From: a virus | Virus genome (UHGV): UHGV-1843802 | Direction: 5' to 3' (one strand) | Length of the DNA stretch: 19,288 nucleotides | In this document: in pieces, positions 8,541 to 16,261 of the stretch | How the letters are laid out: each line of letters starts with the position of its first letter | Position numbering within the stretch: the stretch's first letter is position 1 | The notes under the pieces: generated by a model | The model's input: the letters and a program-made list of their open reading frames with translations, nothing else | What the model was told of the DNA's origin: nothing | Databases searched by the model: none | Position numbers and translations under genes: made by a program

Positions 8541-9092
8541 TTAAAAAATGGTAGCCCCCGGAATAATGGCCCGGTTTGAGGACATTTTTTCCTCAATTTC
8601 CTGCACGCGGGCATATAGCGTGGCTTCATCGGGCAGATCGGAGTAGTCAAATTTCCCGTCGATGGACGCTCTACGCTGCCTGGCGACATTTCTTACGTTG
8701 ATAAGCGCCTCCAGATATTCCTCCAGCATTCCAATGATTGCAGGAGGCACTTGCCATTCATCCAGCTTTCTGTCGCGTAGATTAACCAGATACAGCATTC
8801 GAAAAGGCCAGCGTTCTGAACCTGTTAGCTCTAATTCAATAAATCCGGATAATTCATCCGAATAGACCAACAAGCCGTTGTTGTCGGTAACATGAACCAG
8901 AGAGAGATAATCTTCTGGCAACGGGATTGCAGTACCACCAGCTCTTTCAAGTTTTAACGTTTTCACTACCCCTGCCCTGTCCTGATACGTGGTCAGAGCT
9001 TTGATCAGGAAGGCTTTCAACGTTTCTTCTTCACGCACAAGTAGTGGATTAAATCGCTCTTTAACGCTTTCTAATAATTCAATTGGTGTCAT
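8541..9092 (-). CDS. Hypothetical phage virion or tail protein, 183 aa
   Basis: ATG at 9092. Tightly packed in the minus-strand operon, 15 nt upstream of the next gene. Confidence 0.5.
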   Translation of the reverse strand: MTPIELLESVKERFNPLLVREEETLKAFLIKALTTYQDRAGVVKTLKLERAGGTAIPLPEDYLSLVHVTDNNGLLVYSDELSGFIELELTGSERWPFRMLYLVNLRDRKLDEWQVPPAIIGMLEEYLEALINVRNVARQRRASIDGKFDYSDLPDEATLYARVQEIEEKMSSNRAIIPGATIF

Positions 9093-9146
9093 CGTTGCCT
9101 ACAACTCAATAACAAGGATGTTCCCGCCACAAGGGCGGGATAGGGA

Positions 9147-9638
9147 TTATTCCGCCCAGTTGTAAACAATGCGCAGGGAAGGTTTAACGACCGCCGTTAC
9201 GTCTTCGGATGAGAAGTCCACGGCGTCGGAATACACTTTGCAATGAGAATATGTGCGGATCAGACCTTTATGGTTACCGCTATTCGATTCAGCCGCCGCC
9301 TGTAAGGTAATTTCCAGATATTCTTTTCCGTATACCATCTGTTTTACAGCGGCGAGAACTGCGCCTTCGATAGTTTCCGCGCATGTGACCTGAAATTCAC
9401 CAGAGTTGCGTAATGGTCCGTGCTGGTTGAATTTCATGCCACCAGGGGCGTAATCCTCCACATCTTCGCGTGTCATTTCTGGTAACTGAGCTGTACGAAC
9501 TAGTACAGACAGATGTTCGTAACCCTTAATGGTCATCCAATATTCAGAACCAATAAGTTTTTCGCCTGCAGCCAGGTTTTTATTAAACCGGGATTTTAGA
9601 AAGGCCATATCGGCTTTTGTATTTGCAAAACCGGACAT
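9147..9638 (-). CDS. Hypothetical phage tail protein, 163 aa (size and position fit a tail tube protein; not verified)
   Basis: ATG at 9638 with a strong ribosome-binding site (AGGAG, about 7 nt spacer). Follows the sheath-like gene by three genes. Confidence 0.5.
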   Translation of the reverse strand: MSGFANTKADMAFLKSRFNKNLAAGEKLIGSEYWMTIKGYEHLSVLVRTAQLPEMTREDVEDYAPGGMKFNQHGPLRNSGEFQVTCAETIEGAVLAAVKQMVYGKEYLEITLQAAAESNSGNHKGLIRTYSHCKVYSDAVDFSSEDVTAVVKPSLRIVYNWAE

Positions 9639-9646
9639 AAATACTC

Positions 9647-10219
9647 CTACACAAAAACAGATGAGATATTGCTACGGTTGATCGATGTATTACCGCTGCA
9701 TTGCAGGGTTACCGTGTTATGAGTGAAATAGCCTTCCGGTGTGCGCGGGGCGTCCAGTTGGTAACTCACGCTTTTGATAACAACGTCGGTAAGGGCTATG
9801 TTCCTACCTATGTTTAACGTTACTGTCTCCGGGCGACGACCGAATGGCGCTACATTGTTCAGTTCCGGCGATTCCATCTTCAGCAATGCTGTAATGGCTG
9901 CGTTCACTTCAAGTTGCGCGTTCGTTGTCGCCATGAAATCAATTACCAGATTAAATTCAGGCGGTTGCTGACCTTCCCAAACAAGCATTGAGTTGAAGAG
10001 GGTTTTTGTTGTTACGCCGGTTGCGGTCTGAAGTGTATCTGCAAGAGAGCCAGCCGCAGCGCTAATACCGCCAAGTAAACCTCCTACTGACTGGTTTTCA
10101 AATGGTGATTGCCACATTGATGACAGTTCTGCGGTAGATCCTTCACCGATATAACCGACGACCATATCCTCTGAAGAGAGGATATAAACCTTCATTAACG
10201 GACTTATTCCGTCAGGCAT
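9647..10219 (-). CDS. Hypothetical phage virion protein, about 190 aa; start uncertain
   Basis: The ORF is open from a TTG at 10237. The first ATG is at 10219 and another at 10195; none has a convincing ribosome-binding site. The reading frame itself is clear and the stop is 9647-9649. Confidence 0.45.
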   Translation of the reverse strand: MPDGISPLMKVYILSSEDMVVGYIGEGSTAELSSMWQSPFENQSVGGLLGGISAAAGSLADTLQTATGVTTKTLFNSMLVWEGQQPPEFNLVIDFMATTNAQLEVNAAITALLKMESPELNNVAPFGRRPETVTLNIGRNIALTDVVIKSVSYQLDAPRTPEGYFTHNTVTLQCSGNTSINRSNISSVFV

Positions 10220-10286
10220 TATCGCGCCGCAAATCAAACGCTATTTCTCCCAGGTAGAGGCCACCTTTGCAGGCGGCCTATGTCAC

Positions 10287-11021
10287 TTACAAACCGCGTT
10301 TTTTGCGAATGCGCATTGATTTTTTGCGGTTGATATTCGCTACGGATGTATGTGCTTTGCGGCGTGCTTTTTTCAGCGCCTGTTTTTGCAATGACGTCAT
10401 GCGGCGAGGACGCGGGCGTTTACGGATGATGGTAACCTTGCCATCACGAACCACTTTTTTACGTACCGCTTCCAGCATTGCGCTATCACCACCAGCAACG
10501 GTGTAAATGGCAATAGCTGTTTCCATCATGTCGGTGTCGCTTTCGGAAAGAGCGTCATAAACACGTTCGGCAGCTGAGTCATCTTCATCGTCGATCATTT
10601 CGGTTACATCGTCCTGATCAGCGCCAAGCGCGACAGCTGCATCAGCAAGAGCTGCGAGAGCATCGTTATAAGCATCGATTTGCTCATCGGTGAAATCGGT
10701 GTCTTCATCGATATCAGCCAGGCCAGCCATAGTGATTGCTAATGCATCAAATGAGTCAGCCTCCGGATCACCATCTTCAACCCAACCAGCAAGCATGGAC
10801 GCTGCCAGGCTGCGCATATCACCTTGTGCACGGGATTCAACCGCTTCCATCATCGCGGTTTCAATGTCGTCTTTGGGCTTTGGTTGAGTGTCCTTTCCTT
10901 TCTGTCCTGCGCTTTCCAGCATGGCGTTATCATTATTGTCCTGCGTGGATTTATCACCGCTTTCAAAGCAGCCAGAACCGAAAATCGCACGCATAAAAGG
11001 ATCAGCAGTATAATTTTTCAT
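10287..11021 (-). CDS. Highly acidic protein with a strongly basic Arg/Lys-rich C-terminal tail, 244 aa; function unknown
   Basis: ATG at 11021 with a GGAGAGAGG ribosome-binding site about 8 nt upstream; the track's upstream GTG at 11042 is less likely. The N-terminal two-thirds are rich in Asp/Glu/Ala (DGDPEADSFDALAITMAGLADIDEDTDFTDEQIDAYNDALAALADAAVALGADQDDVTEMIDDEDDSAAE). The last 50 residues are basic (RKRPRPRRMTSLQKQALKKARRKAHTSVANINRKKSMRIRKKRGL). Confidence 0.55.
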   Translation of the reverse strand: MKNYTADPFMRAIFGSGCFESGDKSTQDNNDNAMLESAGQKGKDTQPKPKDDIETAMMEAVESRAQGDMRSLAASMLAGWVEDGDPEADSFDALAITMAGLADIDEDTDFTDEQIDAYNDALAALADAAVALGADQDDVTEMIDDEDDSAAERVYDALSESDTDMMETAIAIYTVAGGDSAMLEAVRKKVVRDGKVTIIRKRPRPRRMTSLQKQALKKARRKAHTSVANINRKKSMRIRKKRGL

Positions 11022-11065
11022 ATTCAAACCTCTCTCCCCCACATCATTTAGCGGGGGGTTATAAA

Positions 11066-12724
11066 TCAGCGCATCAGAATTGGCTTACCGACGATTCGGC
11101 GAGCTGTACCGGTCGGACAAACAGACCAGGACACTTCCCACAGATCGATGTCCTTTTGGACAACCTGAACAACATATGGATCTTCGCCCTGGGACTTGTC
11201 ACGTGGAGTAACCAGCGCACCGGCTGCAACGTAACGGTCAAGCAATTCAGTCATTGCTTTCATTAGCGTTTCTTTGGTAATGCCATCCGGTTCGTGCTTA
11301 ATCGCCTGAGCTACTTCATAGAAATCTCTGGCGATGGCGTTCATCAAGGAAGACACATGCTGGAATCGCAGATAGTTGTTTTTGCTGTAAGTTGTTAAAG
11401 AGTCGTCAATGTAAACGGACCCGTCAGCAGCAACTGAAACTGGATTAATGCGCGCAAGAACGAACGCTTCACGATCAACTGCACCGATATTTGGAATTCG
11501 GGCAATGTTCTGTCGATCAATAATCGCGCGTGATATACCTGCCGGTGCGTAATGCCAACCACCAACATCCGGTACCAGCGCTACCCCTTTTGCTTTTGCT
11601 ACGAATGCGTCGCAACTAATGCCATAGACGACATTCATCCCAGTGAAGGTATCTCGGCAGGAGAGCGGGAAGTAGTAACGGCTTGGTTGATGTGAGCCGC
11701 CAAAACTATGGCTTTTCGCTTCTGAAATAGCGTTTTCAGGTGTCTGGTTGCCCTTCAGGTCATAGAACATGTCTACGCGAACGTCTTCAGCCAGCTTTTT
11801 GATTGCGGCTAAGGCGGATGCGTCATAACAGCCCAGTGACAGCAATGCGGTGTAATTAACCTCTGAAGCTTCGAGAACCTTTAATGCTTCCAGATAGTCT
11901 TCAGTGTCAATTTCGGACAGATCTCCATCAGTACCACCTTCAAAAGCTACATCCTCAAAAATGAGTTGAGCAGCGGATGCTTCTGCATTATCTGCCAGCA
12001 CGGCACCAATGCGAGTGGACTGGCTTTCAAGCAGTGTCGGAATCCATGCTGGTTGGCCCATGTCGTTAGTGCCTTCTGGATTGAAAGACACTTGGTGGCT
12101 TTCCAGCACCTCAATGGACCCATCGGTTTGTTTTTCTTTCAGCGTCAGCGTAAAGAGTTCGCTTTCTTCATCATCGCGAGTTAGTGATAACGTGCGATTT
12201 TGAGATGCATCACCATCTTTGATGAAGAATAATGCCTTCTCTTCACCTTTAATCTGGGGCGTCTCTTTGGGTGTGAAGGACACTGATTGAGTCGTTGCAG
12301 TTGAAGCAACACCAACGCTTAATGTGTCACCTGGATTTACTGTGGTTTCAGTAGGTTCAACGGAAAGTTCTTTGCTCGCCTTTGCCGCTTTTGCTTTGCC
12401 CACAACGGAAACAGAAATACCCGGCACCTTCATGTCTTTAGCGCAAACTCGAACGACATATCCGGAGCCGCCTTTTACTGCACGCTCCACGTGGCGGTAT
12501 GGTTCAAATGCCGCTCCCAGACGAGGGTGAATCGGTGAACCTAATACGCTTTGATAAGTCGTATCGTCAACTTTCAGTACCTTACCCGGTGCGCCACGAC
12601 GCGATATTACAAGCCCAGCAAAGACGGATGCGCCACCGCTGGTATTGGTGAGGGTAGCGTCAGCATTTACTGACATTACAGCAACGCCAGCTGCCTGCCC
12701 TACCGAAAAACTAATCTTATTCAT
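11066..12724 (-). CDS. Putative contractile tail sheath protein, 552 aa
   Basis: ATG at 12724. Size and position (first gene after the capsid and decoration genes and an attenuator hairpin) fit a sheath. The C-terminal third (...GVALVPDVGGWHYAPAGISRAIIDRQNIARIPNIGAVDREAFVLARINPVSVAADGSVYIDDSLTTYSKNNYLRFQHVSSLMNAIARDFYEVAQAI...) has the spacing pattern I associate with sheath C-terminal domains such as P2 FI. Unverified. Confidence 0.5.
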   Translation of the reverse strand: MNKISFSVGQAAGVAVMSVNADATLTNTSGGASVFAGLVISRRGAPGKVLKVDDTTYQSVLGSPIHPRLGAAFEPYRHVERAVKGGSGYVVRVCAKDMKVPGISVSVVGKAKAAKASKELSVEPTETTVNPGDTLSVGVASTATTQSVSFTPKETPQIKGEEKALFFIKDGDASQNRTLSLTRDDEESELFTLTLKEKQTDGSIEVLESHQVSFNPEGTNDMGQPAWIPTLLESQSTRIGAVLADNAEASAAQLIFEDVAFEGGTDGDLSEIDTEDYLEALKVLEASEVNYTALLSLGCYDASALAAIKKLAEDVRVDMFYDLKGNQTPENAISEAKSHSFGGSHQPSRYYFPLSCRDTFTGMNVVYGISCDAFVAKAKGVALVPDVGGWHYAPAGISRAIIDRQNIARIPNIGAVDREAFVLARINPVSVAADGSVYIDDSLTTYSKNNYLRFQHVSSLMNAIARDFYEVAQAIKHEPDGITKETLMKAMTELLDRYVAAGALVTPRDKSQGEDPYVVQVVQKDIDLWEVSWSVCPTGTARRIVGKPILMR

Positions 12725-12761
12725 GCTGGTTCTTATCCTCTAAAGCGAGAGAACGAGGCAA

Positions 12762-12786
12762 GGCTACCCACGGTTAATGGGTAGCC
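12762..12786 (-). terminator. Perfect 9-bp GC-rich stem-loop just after the Ig-like gene stop; candidate attenuator or partial terminator
   Basis: GGCTACCCA (12762-12770), loop cggttaa, TGGGTAGCC (12778-12786). On the minus-strand RNA the stem is followed by UUGCCUCGUUCUCUCGCUUU, a pyrimidine and U-rich tract. Confidence 0.4.
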
Positions 12787-12791
12787 TCTGA

Positions 12792-13070
12792 TCAGGATTC
12801 GCTTACCGTGAAGTTGTCGCCTACGGTTACTTCTTTCGTAGTTGGTTCAACACTGACGGCGCTTACGCTTTTAGGTGCCTCCCTAACAGTGACCGTGCAC
12901 TGTGCGGTTTTATTGCCGTCATTAGTTTTGATTGTCAGCACTGCCTGCCCTGCCTTAAGAGCGGTACATGTAGTGCCATCAACCTGGACAATTTCAGGGT
13001 GATCGGACTCAACAGTGAAAGATTTGTCTGTTGCGTCAGATGGCGAGATAGTTACTTGAATGTTTGCCAT
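12792..13070 (-). CDS. Ig-like (Big_2-type) domain protein, 92 aa; likely capsid decoration or accessory virion protein
   Basis: ATG at 13070 with a GGAG ribosome-binding site 7 nt upstream. The alternating beta-strand pattern VTISPSDATDKSFTVESDHPEIVQVDGTTCTALKAGQAVLTIKTNDGNKTAQCTVTV is typical of bacterial Ig-like group 2 domains. Confidence 0.6.
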   Translation of the reverse strand: MANIQVTISPSDATDKSFTVESDHPEIVQVDGTTCTALKAGQAVLTIKTNDGNKTAQCTVTVREAPKSVSAVSVEPTTKEVTVGDNFTVSES

Positions 13071-13081
13071 TCTTTTCTCCT

Positions 13082-13110
13082 GAACACCCCTTATTCAGGG
13101 GCGTGTTTTT
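13082..13110. other. Stem-loop (about 9 bp with one bulge) followed by a T5 run on the plus strand; on the coding minus strand it is a stem-loop without a U tract
   Basis: GAACACCCC, loop ttattca, GGGGcGTGTT, then TTTTT at 13106-13110. Its geometry is that of an intrinsic terminator for plus-strand (antisense) transcription, or a stabilising or processing hairpin in the late mRNA. Confidence 0.35.
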
Positions 13111-13113
13111 GCC

Positions 13114-13218
13114 TTACTTCTGCTTTGTTTTTTTCTGTGCCTTTGAAGTGTTCGCGGCGATAGTTTCACCTTCATCTACGTCAAGTGACGTTGGTGATAC
13201 CGACACGTTCGCCACCAT
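13114..13218 (-). other. 34-codon ORF in the -1 frame, overlapping the capsid-like gene stop; candidate -1 frameshift extension of that protein
   Basis: The capsid-like gene ends ...GAA AAA AAG TGA. The heptamer A AAA AAG is the classic -1 slippery site. The -1 frame continues VMVANVSVSPTSLDVDEGETIAANTSKAQKKTKQK to a TAA at 13114-13116. Confidence 0.25.
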
Positions 13219-14915
13219 CACTTTTTTTCGTTAACCTTGCCTGACAGCATGTCGATAGCACCTTCTTTGGCACGAGTCAGACGCAGGCGGGTGAAGTAGT
13301 TTTCACCGTTGCGAGGATGTACTTCGTTGATGGCACTGCCCCAGAGAGTGGTACGGTTAACGAGAGACGGATTGGTTTCGTGCACGTAAGGGATTGCAGG
13401 GACTGCATCACCAGCAATCAGACCGGCTTTACCGATGCCTTCGCCACGCCCATAGAAGAAGATGTCATCCAGCCCGAAGTCATATCCCTGTGCCTGGAAT
13501 TGCTCACAGACAGGTTGCGGCACTTCGTAAATACGAATCGTGCCAAACAGGGTGCCGATGTACTGTACATACGGCGACTGAACGTAACCTGGTGCGATCT
13601 GGAAGTGCTGTGGAGGCAGAGAGCGCAGGAAGTTCGCGGCGTCACCACCAGCAAAGCCGCCACGAATACCCGTTGTCAGGGTGCGATTTGCCATTTCCTG
13701 AGACAGAGCGTTTACTACGTGACGCAGGAGGCCGACCCAGGACTCATAGTTTTGAGCTTCCGGCAGAGCCACATCAAATTCACGACCATAAACGGTATGG
13801 AATACTAGGGTGCGCAGACGCATGATGTCAGTCTCATGGGAGATCCAGTTACGCATCGCGGAGAACTGAAGTGCCGCTAATTCAAGGCCGTGCTCACGGC
13901 TTAAATCGGATGCGGACATTACCGTGTGTTCGGAGGCAATTACGTACTGGGACGGACGAACTTCGTACTTACGCATAGCCTGGTTGATCACCGGAATCAG
14001 GCTTGGATTGCGCTCGATGTTAATTTCGACCTGAACAGCAATTTCAGTACCTTCTGGCGGAGCCTGGGTAAATGTAATGTCAATGACACCAGTGTCATAG
14101 GCAACTTTGGCAGTCGCTGAGAAAGCATTACCTTTGCTGTCTTTAGCATTGAAATAAAGGTTGCCATCGCCGTCGTCAACTTTGGACGGTTTGCGGTTGA
14201 TCAGCAGTTTGTTATAACCAGCGCGAAGCGGGCAGGATTGTCCCTCAAAATTTTGGATGTCGAACTGGAAGGTTTTGGTGCTGCCATCCCCTTTAGTGGA
14301 AAGGGTATACAGGCGCTTCATTTGAGAATAAACACCAGCTGACTGCATATTCAGTTCGTCACCTTGTTTGAAGGTGCCGAATTTTGTGCCTGCTACGTTG
14401 ACCAGTTCATAAATATTTGACTCGTCACGATCACAAGGAACAAAAGTACAGGCATCACTGGTAGCAGCGCCCAGAGAGGCAGGCAGAATTAGAGCAGCAT
14501 ATTGAGCAACTTTCATTACGCCGTCAGAGCTACGCATTGATTGCGCGACAGACTCAAACATTGCCTTACCCGTGCCTTCATGGGTATCACTGGCACATTC
14601 AGTCATCAGGCGTTCAAGAGCCATGTGTGCGTTCGCCAGGATGTCACTTGCCGGGTAATGACCATGTTGACGTTTATACTCATGCAGAGACATAGCCCAC
14701 CCACCAGTGATCTGACGAGCGACCTCTGGATTTACGCCTTCAAACATAGGCACTTTCTGGATTGCTTTATCCAGGTTTTCCATCATTACTGCCTGGTCAG
14801 CAATCATGTTGCCTGCTGCATCGGTGGTCGGATCGACGGTCATAGCCATGACGCTTGCCGCCCGATTCATAATCTCGCGCTCGCGATCACGAGCTGGCTG
14901 AATGTTTTTATTCAC
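13218..14915 (-). CDS. Putative major capsid protein, 565 aa (large structural protein, first gene of the late operon in this window)
   Basis: 1.7-kb ORF with a GTG start at 14915 (AGGG about 8 nt upstream); the first in-frame ATG is at 14870. It is followed by a possible frameshift extension, a stem-loop, an Ig-like gene and an attenuator hairpin, the layout of a highly expressed capsid and decoration pair. The alternative is another major structural protein. Confidence 0.5.
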   Translation of the reverse strand: MNKNIQPARDREREIMNRAASVMAMTVDPTTDAAGNMIADQAVMMENLDKAIQKVPMFEGVNPEVARQITGGWAMSLHEYKRQHGHYPASDILANAHMALERLMTECASDTHEGTGKAMFESVAQSMRSSDGVMKVAQYAALILPASLGAATSDACTFVPCDRDESNIYELVNVAGTKFGTFKQGDELNMQSAGVYSQMKRLYTLSTKGDGSTKTFQFDIQNFEGQSCPLRAGYNKLLINRKPSKVDDGDGNLYFNAKDSKGNAFSATAKVAYDTGVIDITFTQAPPEGTEIAVQVEINIERNPSLIPVINQAMRKYEVRPSQYVIASEHTVMSASDLSREHGLELAALQFSAMRNWISHETDIMRLRTLVFHTVYGREFDVALPEAQNYESWVGLLRHVVNALSQEMANRTLTTGIRGGFAGGDAANFLRSLPPQHFQIAPGYVQSPYVQYIGTLFGTIRIYEVPQPVCEQFQAQGYDFGLDDIFFYGRGEGIGKAGLIAGDAVPAIPYVHETNPSLVNRTTLWGSAINEVHPRNGENYFTRLRLTRAKEGAIDMLSGKVNEKK

Positions 14916-15073
14916 GGTTAAGCCCTAAATTCGGGCGCGGCGTGAAGGTTCTTTTGACGGGCTAACAATACCTACTTTGTGATTTAGTCAATAGGTTTAG
15001 TAAAATAAAATCTATTAACACGCATGTTGTTATGTGATTTAATTTTAGTTTTCTAACACAAAACATTAGAGTT

Positions 15074-15466
15074 ATGGCGTATCGAATCTTTGTTTCGTAT
15101 AAAAATGGCGCTAAGAGCCACTCTCTGAACACAACAAGTCGCTTTCTTGTTGAGGCGCAGTTGGCATCAATTCTTGCCGAAAGTGAGATACTCTCGCTCG
15201 CTGAACGGATCGTTATCCAGTTTTCTGGTAGAGATATACTCAATGTCCCCGCCCTCACCCCGGCATCCGAAGTTATGGAATCAATTAAATGGCCTGTATG
15301 CGGATGTCCTGCCAGGGTTGAAGAGCCGGTAACTGCAACGCTCTACATGCCGAAAGCTGTAAGAGATTGGCTTGCTATGGTTGGCAATGGGAAAGTCAGT
15401 GCTGGACTTCGCAAGTTAATTGAAATGGCAGATATTCCTGAGTTAAAAAATGCATGGCGACAATGA
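15074..15466 (+). CDS. Hypothetical protein, 130 aa, with a C-terminal ribbon-helix-helix-like DNA-binding motif; first gene of a two-gene accessory operon
   Basis: ATG at 15074 after a 158-bp AT-rich region divergent from the capsid operon. The C-terminal segment PVTATLYMPKAVRDWLAMVGNGKVSAGLRKLIEMA has the strand-helix-helix pattern of Arc/CopG-type RHH domains. The N-terminal 90 residues are unassigned. Confidence 0.55.
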   Translation: MAYRIFVSYKNGAKSHSLNTTSRFLVEAQLASILAESEILSLAERIVIQFSGRDILNVPALTPASEVMESIKWPVCGCPARVEEPVTATLYMPKAVRDWLAMVGNGKVSAGLRKLIEMADIPELKNAWRQ

Positions 15467-15482
15467 GTAAACAAGGGACAAA

Positions 15483-15941
15483 ATGAGTCACGTTAACCCA
15501 TCAAAAACACAATATCGCTTAATGCTGGCGATCGCGTCAGCTATACCAACCAGCCTGAATCCCCCGGCAGGCTATCCCGCTGTTGTTGATGATTGTTTTC
15601 AGTATTACGGAGAAGACATCCTGAGCCAGTCCAAAGCGCTCAAGCAGTTATGTAAGGCAGGTATTCTTCACTGTATCGGAGATCCGGACGATTTTGTTGT
15701 TATGCTGGCGGATCGTGACTCTTTTCTACTGTCCTGGAAAGCCGGTGCGCGCGAAGCACGTTTGGGGAATGGTATTGGTTACATAGACTATAGTGATTTT
15801 CCGCTGGCATTTGCTGGTGGATATATGCATTGGCATGAGCGAAATAGAGGCCGTCAGCGTCAGTATCGCTTGAGTGACTTTAACGTCTGTCACGGTTTCG
15901 AAGAAGCTGACAGCCAGGACATCTGGCTTCAGGAGCCTTGA
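15483..15941 (+). CDS. Hypothetical protein, 152 aa, unknown function; second gene of the accessory operon
   Basis: ATG at 15483 with an AAGGGA ribosome-binding site 4-5 nt upstream, 16 nt after the upstream stop. Its 3' end overlaps the convergent spanin-like gene by 13 bp. No recognisable motif. Confidence 0.55.
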   Translation: MSHVNPSKTQYRLMLAIASAIPTSLNPPAGYPAVVDDCFQYYGEDILSQSKALKQLCKAGILHCIGDPDDFVVMLADRDSFLLSWKAGAREARLGNGIGYIDYSDFPLAFAGGYMHWHERNRGRQRQYRLSDFNVCHGFEEADSQDIWLQEP

Positions 15942-16261
15942 TCCCCCTTCCCTTCCCAAATCTCCCTGTTTCTTTGGTTATTCAGTGCGTTTCGTTGGTT
16001 GCATTCGTCGATCGTGCTGAATAACTGTTCAGCGTATGTCGGATACTTGTTTAACAGCACTGGCGTGTCCTCTGGCACTAAACAAGGGGAGTAATCAATC
16101 AGATTTGCCTGCGGCTTGCTGGTGGCTTCTACGGTAATTTTCACTGGCACGCTGGTTGATGGCTTTTGCCCGTTCCCGCTGCATCCTGATAACGTCATCA
16201 GGCACACGCACATCGTTAATCCCAGCACGGCGTAACGCATTTTCAAGGCGAGTGATTTCAT
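15929..16261 (-). CDS. Putative o-spanin (Rz1-like outer-membrane lipoprotein), 110 aa precursor
   Basis: Lipoprotein signal with lipobox LSGC (MKSLALKMRYAVLGLTMCVCLMTLSG-C) and Ser at +2. The mature part contains Pro and Cys. The gene starts inside the i-spanin-like ORF in a different frame and extends beyond its stop, the overlapped spanin architecture. Start is ATG 16261 (GAGG upstream) or ATG 16240. Confidence 0.5.
   Translation of the reverse strand: MKSLALKMRYAVLGLTMCVCLMTLSGCSGNGQKPSTSVPVKITVEATSKPQANLIDYSPCLVPEDTPVLLNKYPTYAEQLFSTIDECNQRNALNNQRNREIWEGKGDQGS

Noticed and set aside
13317-13825. Two overlapping plus-strand ORFs (163 and 143 aa), and 14541-14921
   Set aside because: They lie on the opposite strand inside the capsid-like gene and are Arg/His/Cys-rich nonsense typical of antisense frames.
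14962-15258. 98-aa minus-strand ORF across the AT-rich intergenic region and the start of the accessory operon
   Set aside because: It competes with the plus-strand gene at 15074, which has a motif-bearing product and forms a tight operon with the next gene. The minus ORF is AT-rich junk in frame.
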